From Acidobacteriota bacterium (lineage in GTDB: Bacteria; Acidobacteriota; Blastocatellia; Chloracidobacteriales; JADJPF01), in the NCBI GenBank assembly GCA_040758525.1, contig JBFLVQ010000003.1, positions 1 through 48,458 on the forward strand: a DNA stretch of 48,458 nucleotides, written 5' to 3'. The notes under the pieces were generated by a model, which worked only from the letters and a program-made list of their open reading frames with translations, had not been told where the DNA came from and ran no database searches. Below are positions 9,879 through 19,794 of this stretch, piece after piece; position 1 is the first letter of the stretch, and each line of letters begins with the position of its first letter. Position numbers and translations under genes: made by a program.

Positions 9879-11690
9879 ATGGAACAGAAAGAGAAGCGAT
9901 CAAAGATCCTCTATACAGTGCTAGCAGTATTGTTGGCGGTAGGGGTCCTGCCAGTTGTACTGGTAGGCTGGCAATTGGTAGAGATCAACCGCGAGACATT
10001 ACGCGGCAATGAACAACGCTTTCAACTTGCCTCGGTTGAAGACAAGGCCAAACAGATCAAACTCTATGTCAGTTCTTATCGCGATCAAATTATTGCCTTC
10101 GCACGTTCCTTTGAGATCGCTGGAGGAGTAAGAGTGATCGAGCAGAGCCAGTTGCGTGATGTCAAGATTGGCGAAGCGGTACGCAATGATTCTAACCTCT
10201 ATGGATTGATGATCCGACCACTACTACTCAATGGCAATAATAATATTTTTGCGCCTTATGCAATCAATAGTGAGAAGATTGAGCGTGAGGAGATGGAAGC
10301 ACTCGTTGAAGAGGCTCTCGCTCATCTACAGAAGAAGCCAGAAATCTTTATTAGCAGTCCATTGCTAGTGAAATCGAGCAATGAATCTGTCATCCTGCTA
10401 GCTGCTCCTATGACCAATAATGATCAGACACTGGAAGGCGCCGTCTTCGCAGTGGTAGGTCTTGAGCCAGTCTTCAATATGGTAACGCAAAAAGATGGTG
10501 GTCTACAGGAGACCAGCAAATTGATCCGTAGCGGTAGCCGTATTATCTTTGTTGTTGACAACAATGGACGTGTAATTGCGCACCCAGATCGACAAGTGGT
10601 GCTTGCTGGCCAAAATCTACGTAACCTTAAGATTGTTGAGGATTGGCTTGAATCGGGTTTCAAACTGAATGCTGCAGGTACTTTTGAACTAGAAGATGGT
10701 AACAATAAGATTGCTATGCTCGGTTCCTTTACTACTGCTGATATTGCCCCTGGTAAGGAATTGGGTATAATTGCAATGGTCAACGAAGATGCTGCCTATG
10801 CTTCTGTAGGTCAGATGATTACTAAGACAGTCTTTGTCAGTGTAATCACCATTGTAGTAGCATTACTGCTTGGCACATTTCTGGCAATTCGTATCACCTC
10901 GCCAATTGAGACCCTGGCACTGGGTGCACAAGCCATCGCCGCCGGCGATTTTGCTCGCCGTATACGTGTTCGTACACGTAGCGAGATTGGTCAACTAGCG
11001 CTTGATTTCAATACTATGGCAGATCGTATACAGCAGTATATTAATGAACTACGTCGCGCTGCTGAAGATAATCGTATGCTCTTTATTGGCTCAGTGCGCG
11101 CACTTGCTGAAGCGATCGACGGTAAAGATGCTTACACCCGTGGCCATTCTGAACGTGTGATGAAGTATTCCGTACTCATTGCTCAACAGATGGGTCTGTC
11201 TGAAGAAGAGATCGAGGATATACGTATTGCAGGAATATTACATGATGTAGGCAAGATCGGTATTGATGACAAGATCCTTAAGAAACCTGCCGCACTCACA
11301 GATGATGAATATAAGATAATGAAACAGCATCCACAGATTGGCGCCAAGATCATGTCTGAGATTCCTCAGATGAAACGATATGTTCCAGGAATGTTCTATC
11401 ATCACGAGTGTTTAGATGGACATGGCTATCCACTTGGTCTACGTGGTGACCAGATCCCAATGATGGCACGCATTATTGCAGTTGCCGACGTCTTTGATGC
11501 AATGACAACCAACCGTCCTTATCAACGTGCAATGGAGACTGAATTTGCTCTTGAGCGTATCAAGAGTTTTGTAGGTAGCCGTTATGATGGCCAAGTAGTC
11601 GATGCATTGATAGGCTCTTATCATGGCGGTAAGCTTGAAGAGGTGCTACAGAGTTATGCGTCTAGCCAGGCGCAAGTAATGACCAGCTAA
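9879..11690 (+). CDS. Membrane HD-GYP phosphohydrolase with Cache-like sensor and HAMP domain
   Basis: Two TM helices, HAMP (EIGQLALDFNTMA), YTRGHSERV, LHDVGKIG, HHE..DGHGYP, ADVFDAMT..RPY; start taken at ATG 9879. Confidence 0.9.
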   Translation: MEQKEKRSKILYTVLAVLLAVGVLPVVLVGWQLVEINRETLRGNEQRFQLASVEDKAKQIKLYVSSYRDQIIAFARSFEIAGGVRVIEQSQLRDVKIGEAVRNDSNLYGLMIRPLLLNGNNNIFAPYAINSEKIEREEMEALVEEALAHLQKKPEIFISSPLLVKSSNESVILLAAPMTNNDQTLEGAVFAVVGLEPVFNMVTQKDGGLQETSKLIRSGSRIIFVVDNNGRVIAHPDRQVVLAGQNLRNLKIVEDWLESGFKLNAAGTFELEDGNNKIAMLGSFTTADIAPGKELGIIAMVNEDAAYASVGQMITKTVFVSVITIVVALLLGTFLAIRITSPIETLALGAQAIAAGDFARRIRVRTRSEIGQLALDFNTMADRIQQYINELRRAAEDNRMLFIGSVRALAEAIDGKDAYTRGHSERVMKYSVLIAQQMGLSEEEIEDIRIAGILHDVGKIGIDDKILKKPAALTDDEYKIMKQHPQIGAKIMSEIPQMKRYVPGMFYHHECLDGHGYPLGLRGDQIPMMARIIAVADVFDAMTTNRPYQRAMETEFALERIKSFVGSRYDGQVVDALIGSYHGGKLEEVLQSYASSQAQVMTS

Positions 11691-11709
11691 GAATAGGGTA
11701 CAAGAAGCA

Positions 11710-12075
11710 ATGGCATTCGACAAACTACTTGAGAACTTGGTAGAGAATATTTATGGGGCGCGTGGCGCTATCTTTTTGGATCATGATGGTGAGGTTGTGC
11801 AACACTACCTTACTAACAAGATAGTCGCTGAACTGGATCTTATTGGCGCCTACCATGGCATCACACTATCAACTTGTCGTAAATTCTCCGATGAGGTTGA
11901 TATGGGCACAATCGAATTTATGATCTGCCAGTATAAGGATGCCACCTGCTTGATTAAGACACTCAATGCTGGCTACTTTGTGCTGCTGGCACTCGATCCA
12001 AAGGGAAATATTGGCCAAGCTATGTATTCATTGCGTGTAGTAGCAGAGGAACTGAACGCAGAAATGGGCCTCTGA
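11710..12075 (+). CDS. Roadblock/LC7 (MglB-like) domain protein
   Basis: 121 aa; GARGAIFLDHDGEVV start and GNIGQA..LR end are typical of the roadblock fold. Confidence 0.75.
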   Translation: MAFDKLLENLVENIYGARGAIFLDHDGEVVQHYLTNKIVAELDLIGAYHGITLSTCRKFSDEVDMGTIEFMICQYKDATCLIKTLNAGYFVLLALDPKGNIGQAMYSLRVVAEELNAEMGL

Positions 12076-12187
12076 AGCAGTAGTGCAGCGAGTGCATAAT
12101 AAAAAAGTATCGTGAACTAATTACGCGCGACGGGCGCGCCGTGAGCGATTGCGCGCTCACTTGAACAGCTCTAAGTAGGAGAAGCTC

Positions 12188-13057
12188 TTGTTGCCAGTGG
12201 ATCCGTGCGCCGTCAATTTCGAAGAGGCGAAAGCGGAGCGCGTCTCATTCGCGCCCGTAAGCCCATTTGTGAAATGGGCAGGAGGCAAACGCCGCCTGCT
12301 AGATCAATATGCGTCCTACCTACCCTCGCCCAACCAGTTCAATCGTTACTTTGAACCTTTTCTTGGTGGTGGCGCAGTCTTCTTCTACTTACGTCCGCAA
12401 CGTGCTGTGCTTGCCGATCTTAATGCAGAATTGATCAATTGTTATAAGATAGTAAAAGAGTTTCCAGAGGAATTGATTGCTAATCTACGCAAGCATAAAG
12501 TCAATGAAGAATATTTCTACCGCTTGAGAGAGACAGATCCTGCCACACTCTCAGAGCTAGCACGTGCCTCACGCTTCATCTATCTAAATAAGACCTGCTA
12601 CAACGGCCTCTACCGAGTCAACAGTCAAGGTCAGTTTAATGTTCCCTATGGCCGTTATAAACGGCCACTAATTTGTGATCCGATCGGTATACACGCAGCT
12701 AGCACTGCTCTACAAGCAGCACAATTGAAAGTTAGTAGCTTTGAAAAGACCGTAAGGCAAGCACGGCGGGGCGACTTTGTCTACTTTGACCCACCCTATG
12801 TGCCACTTACCCCTACCGCCAGTTTTACCAGTTATACACCAGACAGTTTCAGCAATCGCGACCAAGAGAGATTGGCCGAGCTTGTACATCAGCTCAATGC
12901 TCGTGGCTGTCTAGTAATGGTTTCTAACTCAAACACTACACTAGTACGCGAACTCTACCGCAACTATTCTATTAAGGTAGCGCAGTGTCCTCGTTCAATT
13001 AACAGCAATATCTTCGCTCGTGGTGCAATCACAGAGTTGGTGATAAAGAACTATTAG
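12188..13057 (+). CDS. dam: DNA adenine methyltransferase, Dam/D12 class
   Basis: KWAGGK, EPFLGGGAVF, NGLYRVNSQGQFNVPYG, DPPY and SNS motifs; no REase next to it; start uncertain. Confidence 0.88.
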   Translation: MLPVDPCAVNFEEAKAERVSFAPVSPFVKWAGGKRRLLDQYASYLPSPNQFNRYFEPFLGGGAVFFYLRPQRAVLADLNAELINCYKIVKEFPEELIANLRKHKVNEEYFYRLRETDPATLSELARASRFIYLNKTCYNGLYRVNSQGQFNVPYGRYKRPLICDPIGIHAASTALQAAQLKVSSFEKTVRQARRGDFVYFDPPYVPLTPTASFTSYTPDSFSNRDQERLAELVHQLNARGCLVMVSNSNTTLVRELYRNYSIKVAQCPRSINSNIFARGAITELVIKNY

Positions 13058-13061
13058 TGTG

Positions 13062-13098
13062 AAAAACCACAGAGACCGCCGAGTTCCCTGTGGTTTTT
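13062..13098. terminator. Probable bidirectional terminator
   Basis: AAAAACCACAG...CTGTGGTTTTT inverted repeat between the convergent methylase and pnp genes. Confidence 0.7.
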
Positions 13099-13102
13099 GG
13101 AG

Positions 13103-15289
13103 CTAGCGTTTACCACCACGGGCAGGTTGATGTCTGGAACGGTCGCCCCGCTCAGGCCGTTCTGAGCGCTCAGGCGGCTCACTATTTTCAGTCTTTTCGC
13201 CTTTCTCATCCCGTAATACAGCACGACGGCTAAGACGTATTTTGTTGGCCTCTACACTAATACATTTAACGAGTAACTGCTGACCTTCTTTCAGTTCATC
13301 ACGTATGTTACGTACACGGTACTCAGCAACCTCGGAAATATGTAGCAAACCTTCAACACCAGGTAGCACTTCTACAAAAGCGCCAAATTCGGCCAGTCGA
13401 GTTACAGTACCTAAGTAGGTCTTTCCAACTTCGACATCTGCAGTGATCTCCATGATCATTTGACGTGCACGCTCAGCCGATTCAGCATCAATTGAGGCGA
13501 TACTAACACGACCAGAATCCTCAATATCGATCTTGCAACTGGTCTTCTCAACAATACCGCGGATCACTTTGCCACCCGGTCCTATCACATCACGTATCTT
13601 ATCGACAGGGATCTGCATAGAGAAGATACGTGGTGCATAGGGACTGATCTCGGTGCGTGGCGATGCAATTGCTTCTAGCATTCTCTCTAACACAAAAAGC
13701 CGCCCCTGTTTGGCCTGTTCAAGTGCTTCTGCCATTATTTGTGCATTGATACCAGCGATCTTGATATCCATCTGTAAGGCAGTAATGCCCTCACGCGTGC
13801 CTGCTACTTTGAAATCCATATCACCATAATGGTCTTCGGCACCTGCGATATCAGTGAGGATCGCATAGCGATTACCCTCCATTACTAAACCCATTGCGAT
13901 TCCTGCCACCGGTGATTTGATCGGTACCCCAGCATCCATTAAAGCCAGTACCCCTCCACACACTGTGGCCATTGAAGAAGAGCCATTCGATTCAGTAATA
14001 TCAGAAACAACCCGCAGAGTATAAGGCCAATCCTCTTCATTAGGCAGCATCGGTTCAATTGCACGTAAAGCAAGCGCGCCATGACCAACCTCACGACGGC
14101 CTGGTTGACCCATACGACCAGTCTCACCGACAGAAAAAGGTGGAAAATTGTAGTTGAGCATAAAGCGACGTATGATCTCACCTTTTTCTAGATCATCTAG
14201 ATACTGTATATCCTGCTTGGTACCTAAAGTCACAGTTACCAATGCTTGAGTCTCGCCACGGGTGAAGAGAGCACTGCCATGCACACGTGGCAGCCAACCA
14301 ACTTCACAAGTGATCGAGCGAATCTCAGAGAAGCGACGGCCATCAGGACGACGACGATGACTAAGAATATCTTCGCGGAAAACTTTCTCCTTCAAAAAAT
14401 CGAAGATCAGTGCGGCTTCACTACGCTTCTCCTCATCCTCGGCTGGATAAGCCTCGACCGTTTGTGCCTTTAGATCATCAACCGCCTGATAGCTAGCCAG
14501 TTTACCCTTGCCACGCACATCTAGCGACTCACGCAACTGAGGGGTAATCTTCTCCTCAATCTCTTTGAAGAGTGCCTCATCCAACTTGCGTGGCAAGACC
14601 TCACGCTTAGGCTTGCCAATCGCCTCACGTAGCTCTTTTTGTAAGCCACAGAGCCTTTTAATCTCATTGTGACCAAACATTAGTGCTTCTACAATGACAG
14701 CCTCAGAGACCTCTTTAGCACCAGCCTCGACCATTACGATCGCTTCTTCAGTACCGGCTACAACCAAGTTGAGCCGTGAATTACGTTGTTCAGTGTAGGT
14801 AGGGTTGATAATATAACGTCCCTCTACCAATCCTACTCGCACTCCTGCAATCGGATTGGGAAAAGGGATGTCAGAGATGTAGAGGGCTGTCGATGCACCT
14901 GTGATTGCCAATACATCTGGTTCATTATCTGTATCGGCTGAGACCACCATAGCGATAATCTGTGTCTCGTTCTTATATCCTTCAGAAAATAGCGGACGCA
15001 GCGGTCGATCGATTAGACGACTGGTAAGAACCTCCTTCTCTGTAGGCTTGCCTTCTCTCTTAAAGTAGCCTCCAGGAATACGCCCAGCAGCATAACCATA
15101 TTCACGGTAATCAACGGTGAGGGGAAAGAAGTCAGCTCCTTCACGTGCTTTCTGCTCCCCTACTGCAGTAACTAGAACTACCGTATCGCCATAACGTACT
15201 ATCACTGCGCCATCGGCCTGCTTAGCTACTTTGCCTGTCTCAATCGAATATTCTCTGCCACCAAAGCTGATGGCTTTCTTCAAATACAT
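13103..15289 (-). CDS. pnp: Polyribonucleotide nucleotidyltransferase (PNPase)
   Basis: FFPLTVDYRE, RLIDRPLRP, FTRGETQ, SNGSSSMA, GDMDFKVAG, KH and S1 domains; downstream of rpsO. Confidence 0.98.
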   Translation of the reverse strand: MYLKKAISFGGREYSIETGKVAKQADGAVIVRYGDTVVLVTAVGEQKAREGADFFPLTVDYREYGYAAGRIPGGYFKREGKPTEKEVLTSRLIDRPLRPLFSEGYKNETQIIAMVVSADTDNEPDVLAITGASTALYISDIPFPNPIAGVRVGLVEGRYIINPTYTEQRNSRLNLVVAGTEEAIVMVEAGAKEVSEAVIVEALMFGHNEIKRLCGLQKELREAIGKPKREVLPRKLDEALFKEIEEKITPQLRESLDVRGKGKLASYQAVDDLKAQTVEAYPAEDEEKRSEAALIFDFLKEKVFREDILSHRRRPDGRRFSEIRSITCEVGWLPRVHGSALFTRGETQALVTVTLGTKQDIQYLDDLEKGEIIRRFMLNYNFPPFSVGETGRMGQPGRREVGHGALALRAIEPMLPNEEDWPYTLRVVSDITESNGSSSMATVCGGVLALMDAGVPIKSPVAGIAMGLVMEGNRYAILTDIAGAEDHYGDMDFKVAGTREGITALQMDIKIAGINAQIMAEALEQAKQGRLFVLERMLEAIASPRTEISPYAPRIFSMQIPVDKIRDVIGPGGKVIRGIVEKTSCKIDIEDSGRVSIASIDAESAERARQMIMEITADVEVGKTYLGTVTRLAEFGAFVEVLPGVEGLLHISEVAEYRVRNIRDELKEGQQLLVKCISVEANKIRLSRRAVLRDEKGEKTENSEPPERSERPERGDRSRHQPARGGKR

Positions 15290-15510
15290 ATCTCTCCTCC
15301 ATCATACGGCCACAAACGAAAAGGCCACGCTCTCACAAGTCGATACTAGACTTGTTGACCGTGGCCACCAATCTCCTGATACCGGAAGAACCTCCGGCTG
15401 CCTGTTGCGCAGCACCTGTAACTCTGCGGCTGCTTGTGATGGCAATCTACAGAGAGTTGCTCGAAACTGAAATCCGCGGGGTAGGGTTTCGGTTCAATCA
15501 ACCTATCTTT

Positions 15511-15780
15511 CTACTTCCTAAGTCCTAATTTGCTAATCACCTGCTGATAACGCTCGAAATCCTGCCGTTTCAAGTAGTCAAGCAGTCGGCGCCGCTTACT
15601 CACCATCTTTAAGAGACCGCGCCGTGAATGGTTGTCCTTAACGTGCATCTTAAAATGCTCGGTCAGGTCCTCTATACGCCGAGTGAGAATCGCAATCTGC
15701 ACTTCTGGCGAGCCGGTGTCTGTGTCATGCATCTTAAACTGCGAGATAATCCCTTGTTTCGCTTCTCTCTGTAAAGCCAC
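15511..15780 (-). CDS. rpsO: 30S ribosomal protein S15
   Basis: [34 protein letters not shown] start at 15780 after AAGGAG. Confidence 0.97.
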   Translation of the reverse strand: MALQREAKQGIISQFKMHDTDTGSPEVQIAILTRRIEDLTEHFKMHVKDNHSRRGLLKMVSKRRRLLDYLKRQDFERYQQVISKLGLRK

Positions 15781-16446
15781 GTACAATCTTCTCCTTCACA
15801 CTTGATAAGCTTGTGCTACTGCGCCCGTCCTTGCCATCATAGGCAAGCATACACAGCATTGATCGCACAACCCGGCTTGATGACAGCGATCTGCGTCCAG
15901 TATGCCTACCAATTATTATAGCGTATATAACAGTGCTGGACACTGGCCATCACCCATCAGAAGAGCCGGACGCTACAGCGACAGGCGACAGAATTGAATT
16001 TTGGGTCTCATCCCAAAAGAGAAAGCTAACATAGCCTCACAAGTCGTGTAAAGTCTTTTTCGCAACCGGGTTGAGTGCCTAAGTAGGGGAACTTTACCAG
16101 ATCTAGCAGCGTTTAATGGCCAGAGGCAAGCAGACATACGAGTTAGATTTTTCGTAGCAGAAAAATAAGAATACTACTTGAATTTAGAGGGACTGCTCGG
16201 CAATAATATAGTGTACGGCTACTCAGCCCGTAAGTACGATTGTAAATAATTTATCTAAGCCCCGCGGGCGCGTCAGCAGGCCAACTCAGCGGTTCTGCTC
16301 TGCATCATAGCAGCCACCGTACCCGGTCAGTGCACCTCTTTAGAAGGCGGGAAAAATAACGAGCAACCGCTTTATGCGGATGCGGGCTAGCGTTGTGTGA
16401 ACAGACAACAACACTTAGGACGCTTCATTTTTCAGGAAGGCAGCGA

Positions 16447-17370
16447 ATGGATTGGTTTAGCGCAATAAATCTACCGGCATTCCTGCGCCAGTTCCACCTT
16501 AGAGATCTGGTGGATATACTGATCGTCTTTATTATTGTCTATGAGATCCTAAAGCTGCTACGTGGTACACGCGCTGTACAGATGCTCTATGGCATCCTCT
16601 TCTTTACTCTACTCTATATTGTCTCGCGTTTTTTCCATTTAGAGACATTGCAGTTTGTTGTTAGCAATGCCGTACTCTATCTAGGTATTGCTGTAATTAT
16701 CATCTTTCAATCAGAAATTCGTAATGCCTTAGCCCATTTTGGTAAGAATGTCAGTATCCCGCTAGGTTTTCGTACTCCTCGTGATACTAAGACCATGCGA
16801 GAGTTCTATGATGATGTAGTGTTAGCAGCAACCTCGTTGGCCTCAGAGAAGATCGGCGCGCTTGTTGTAATTGAGCGCACGGTCGGCCTGCAAGAACATA
16901 TCAATCATGGTGTACGCCTTGACGCTGTTCCCTGTTATGACCTATTGGTAACAATCTTCAATCCAAATACGCCGTTACATGATGGCGCTGTGATTGTCCG
17001 TAACTTCCGTATTGCAGCAGCCAGTTGCTTTCTACCGCTTACTCTCAAACCAGGCCTCTCAAAGGATCTAGGCACACGCCATCGCGCTGCGATCGGTATC
17101 ACTGAAGAGAGTGATGCGGTAGCTGTGGTAGTCTCAGAAGAGACAGGGGTAATCTCATTTGTCGAACGTGGTCAAATTACCCGCAATCTCGACAGTGTAC
17201 GCTTACGCAATATGCTGGCGCGTGCGCTTGAGCCACCACGTGTAACAGGTCGTTCACTTACCCCAGATCGCCGAACTAGCGATCTCGACAAGAGTCTTGC
17301 GCGAGGCAGTGTGCCGGCTGCCAAACCACAGCCCGTCTTTGACCCACAGCCTTCCGTAACCAAGGATTGA
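16447..17370 (+). CDS. cdaA: Diadenylate cyclase CdaA
   Basis: Three N-terminal TM helices, HDGA and GTRHRAA catalytic motifs, VSEETG; cdaA-cdaR-glmM order. Confidence 0.93.
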   Translation: MDWFSAINLPAFLRQFHLRDLVDILIVFIIVYEILKLLRGTRAVQMLYGILFFTLLYIVSRFFHLETLQFVVSNAVLYLGIAVIIIFQSEIRNALAHFGKNVSIPLGFRTPRDTKTMREFYDDVVLAATSLASEKIGALVVIERTVGLQEHINHGVRLDAVPCYDLLVTIFNPNTPLHDGAVIVRNFRIAAASCFLPLTLKPGLSKDLGTRHRAAIGITEESDAVAVVVSEETGVISFVERGQITRNLDSVRLRNMLARALEPPRVTGRSLTPDRRTSDLDKSLARGSVPAAKPQPVFDPQPSVTKD

Positions 17371-18401
17371 ACGGCAATGCCGGCTGCCTGTTTAACTTAA
17401 CGTTAAGGAGAGCGATCGTGCGTTCCTTGCGCAATATATATGAGAAGATACAGTTTGGTGTAGGAGTAATGGGCAGTGTGCTGCGCGAGTATGCATATGA
17501 GAATACCGGTCTAAAACTGATTGCCCTGCTCATTGCAGTAGTGCTATGGGCATCTGTCGAACAGGAGATTATTCAGGTTACCCTACAGCAGGTGCCACTT
17601 GACTACATCAACCTATCTGAAGGGCTTGCTATCTCCAATGATGATTTTCCTAAAGTAGCTAATGTACGTCTGCGTGGCCCCAAGCTGGTGCTTGATCGTT
17701 TACGCGCTGAGACCTTACCCATTCAGATTAACTTACGCTCGATCAAGGTTGGTGAGCGCGCACTACCAATATCACGCAATGATGTATTAGCACCTCCTGA
17801 GGTTGAAGTGCTCGATATTGAACCACAACGTGCACGTCTAATGATTGAACCGATCATAGAACGAAAAGTAAAAGTAACCCCACGCTTTGCCGATCGAGTA
17901 CCACAAGATTATGAAGTTACTCAGATTCTCGTCAATCCCAGTATGGTGACAATACGTGGCCCGGAAAGTCGTGTCAATGCCATTGCTGATGCGCCTAGTG
18001 AAACAATACGTCTCAATGGCCATCGTAAGACTTTCATCGAAAGGCCTAATATTAATATTGAAGATCTTAAGATCGAGATTGTGGGCTCGCCTTCCATTGA
18101 GGTACAGGTCGAGATTGGTCAAATCCGCACCGAGCGTAAGCTGACTAAAGTCCCTCTACGCATACCTCAAAGCGATGGTAAGATCAGTCTTTCACCCATT
18201 ACTGTAAATGTCACTGTAGAAGGGTTGAAGTCGGTGGTAGAGAGTTTGACCCTTGCTGACATTGCTGCTTTCATAGATATTGAGAATATACCCAACACAG
18301 GCGTAGCCACACCACGCATTGTGTTACCACCAGATAAGCTTGACGCTATCACAGTCAAAAGTGTCGAGCCACAGCAGATTCAGATCAAACGCCTACGCTA
18401 A
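17367..18401 (+). CDS. cdaR: CdaR/YbbR-like regulator
   Basis: N..LKLIALLIAVVLW anchor followed by three YbbR-like repeats (V.LRGP, VTIRGP, VTVEG); true start probably later (~17470). Confidence 0.85.
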   Translation: MNGNAGCLFNLTLRRAIVRSLRNIYEKIQFGVGVMGSVLREYAYENTGLKLIALLIAVVLWASVEQEIIQVTLQQVPLDYINLSEGLAISNDDFPKVANVRLRGPKLVLDRLRAETLPIQINLRSIKVGERALPISRNDVLAPPEVEVLDIEPQRARLMIEPIIERKVKVTPRFADRVPQDYEVTQILVNPSMVTIRGPESRVNAIADAPSETIRLNGHRKTFIERPNINIEDLKIEIVGSPSIEVQVEIGQIRTERKLTKVPLRIPQSDGKISLSPITVNVTVEGLKSVVESLTLADIAAFIDIENIPNTGVATPRIVLPPDKLDAITVKSVEPQQIQIKRLR

Positions 18402-18443
18402 AAAGATCATCTAGTAGAAAAACAGCGCACAAGGAGGGCAAGC

Positions 18444-19787
18444 ATGCCCAAATTTTTTGGTACTGATGGAATACGGGCAAAAGCCGGAGAGTTTCCGCTC
18501 GCGCCACGGGCACTTTTCGTGCTTGGTCGTGCACTTGGTCAATTACTAAACAATCGCCTACAACATACTGCCTGTGCGCTGATAGGACGCGACACACGTC
18601 AGTCGGGTGAATGGATTGAAAGTGCATTGGCAGCAGGATTACAGGCAGCCGGCGCAGAGGTCACTTCTGTTGGTGTGATCCCCACCCCCGGTATTGCCTA
18701 TCTAACCGGGGTTGGCAACTTTGATGTTGGCATTGTGATCTCAGCATCACACAATCCCTATGAGGATAATGGTATTAAAATCTTTGCTCCATCTGGACGT
18801 AAGCTTCCGGAAACGGATGAAAGTATAATTGAGGCAGAGCTCTTGACCGGCAAACTCGACACTGATGAACCAGCACTTGCGCTGCTTGAACCTTCTCAGC
18901 CATTAGTCGAACGCTACTTCAGTTTTTTGCATGATGAGATTGCCGCAGGCATTAGCCTAATAGGAATAAAGCTTGCGCTCGATTGCGCCAACGGTGCCGC
19001 ATCAGCAATTGCGCCTCACCTATTCGCATCATTAGGTGCAGAAGTAGTAACGTGTGGGTGCACCCCTGATGGTCGTAATATCAATAGTCAATGTGGCTCT
19101 CTCTATATGGAAAAGCTACAGGCACTGGTTCAGCAAGAGCAGTGTCAACTTGGAATAGCCTTCGATGGAGATGCTGATCGTGCTCTCTTTGTCGATGAAC
19201 AGGGTCGTCTAGTAGATGGCGATGGTGTGCTTTTTATCATTGCCGATCACTATTTACGTAATAACCAACTTGATCCCAAAACAGTAGTTGCTACCGTGAT
19301 GAGCAATATGGGATTGGAAGTAGGATTGCGTGATCGTGGTATAGAGCTACGCCGCACTGCAGTAGGTGATAAGTATGTGCTGGATGAGCTACTCACCTGT
19401 AATGGTCAGCTTGGTGGAGAACAGTCAGGTCATATTATCTTCCCTAAGATCAGTCTTGCTGGCGATGGAATGATCACTGCATTACAACTACTACGTGTGT
19501 TGGTTAGACAAGGTCAGAGCTTATCCATACTGGCTGGTGGCTTCCAAAGCTTTCCGCAGATTCTTATCAATATACCAGTTCGCAACAAACCAGCCTTTAA
19601 TACTGTGCCTGTGATCCAGGCAGCAGTGCAAGATTTAGAAAGCAAGCTCGTCAATCAAGGGCGACTATTGTTACGCTATTCTGGCACCGAAAATCTTGCC
19701 CGTATTATGATCGAAGGGCGTGATCAGCGTTTTATCAACGAAGAAGCACAACATCTGGCCGATATTATTCGCCAGCAACTTGGTTAG
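18444..19787 (+). CDS. glmM: Phosphoglucosamine mutase
   Basis: FGTDGIR, SASHNP, DGDADR, GGEQSGH, RYSGTE. Confidence 0.96.
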   Translation: MPKFFGTDGIRAKAGEFPLAPRALFVLGRALGQLLNNRLQHTACALIGRDTRQSGEWIESALAAGLQAAGAEVTSVGVIPTPGIAYLTGVGNFDVGIVISASHNPYEDNGIKIFAPSGRKLPETDESIIEAELLTGKLDTDEPALALLEPSQPLVERYFSFLHDEIAAGISLIGIKLALDCANGAASAIAPHLFASLGAEVVTCGCTPDGRNINSQCGSLYMEKLQALVQQEQCQLGIAFDGDADRALFVDEQGRLVDGDGVLFIIADHYLRNNQLDPKTVVATVMSNMGLEVGLRDRGIELRRTAVGDKYVLDELLTCNGQLGGEQSGHIIFPKISLAGDGMITALQLLRVLVRQGQSLSILAGGFQSFPQILINIPVRNKPAFNTVPVIQAAVQDLESKLVNQGRLLLRYSGTENLARIMIEGRDQRFINEEAQHLADIIRQQLG

Positions 19788-19794
19788 GTTAAGA

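Noticed and set aside
13103-15289. pnp as part of the Ro60/Y RNA locus (Rsr-Y RNA-PNPase complex precedent)
   Set aside because: pnp is in its usual rpsO-pnp context ~8 kb away; the proximity is probably coincidental.
16255-16392. c-di-AMP riboswitch, glmS ribozyme or 6S RNA
   Set aside because: The diagnostic conserved sequences were not recognisable; kept only as an unassigned structured element.
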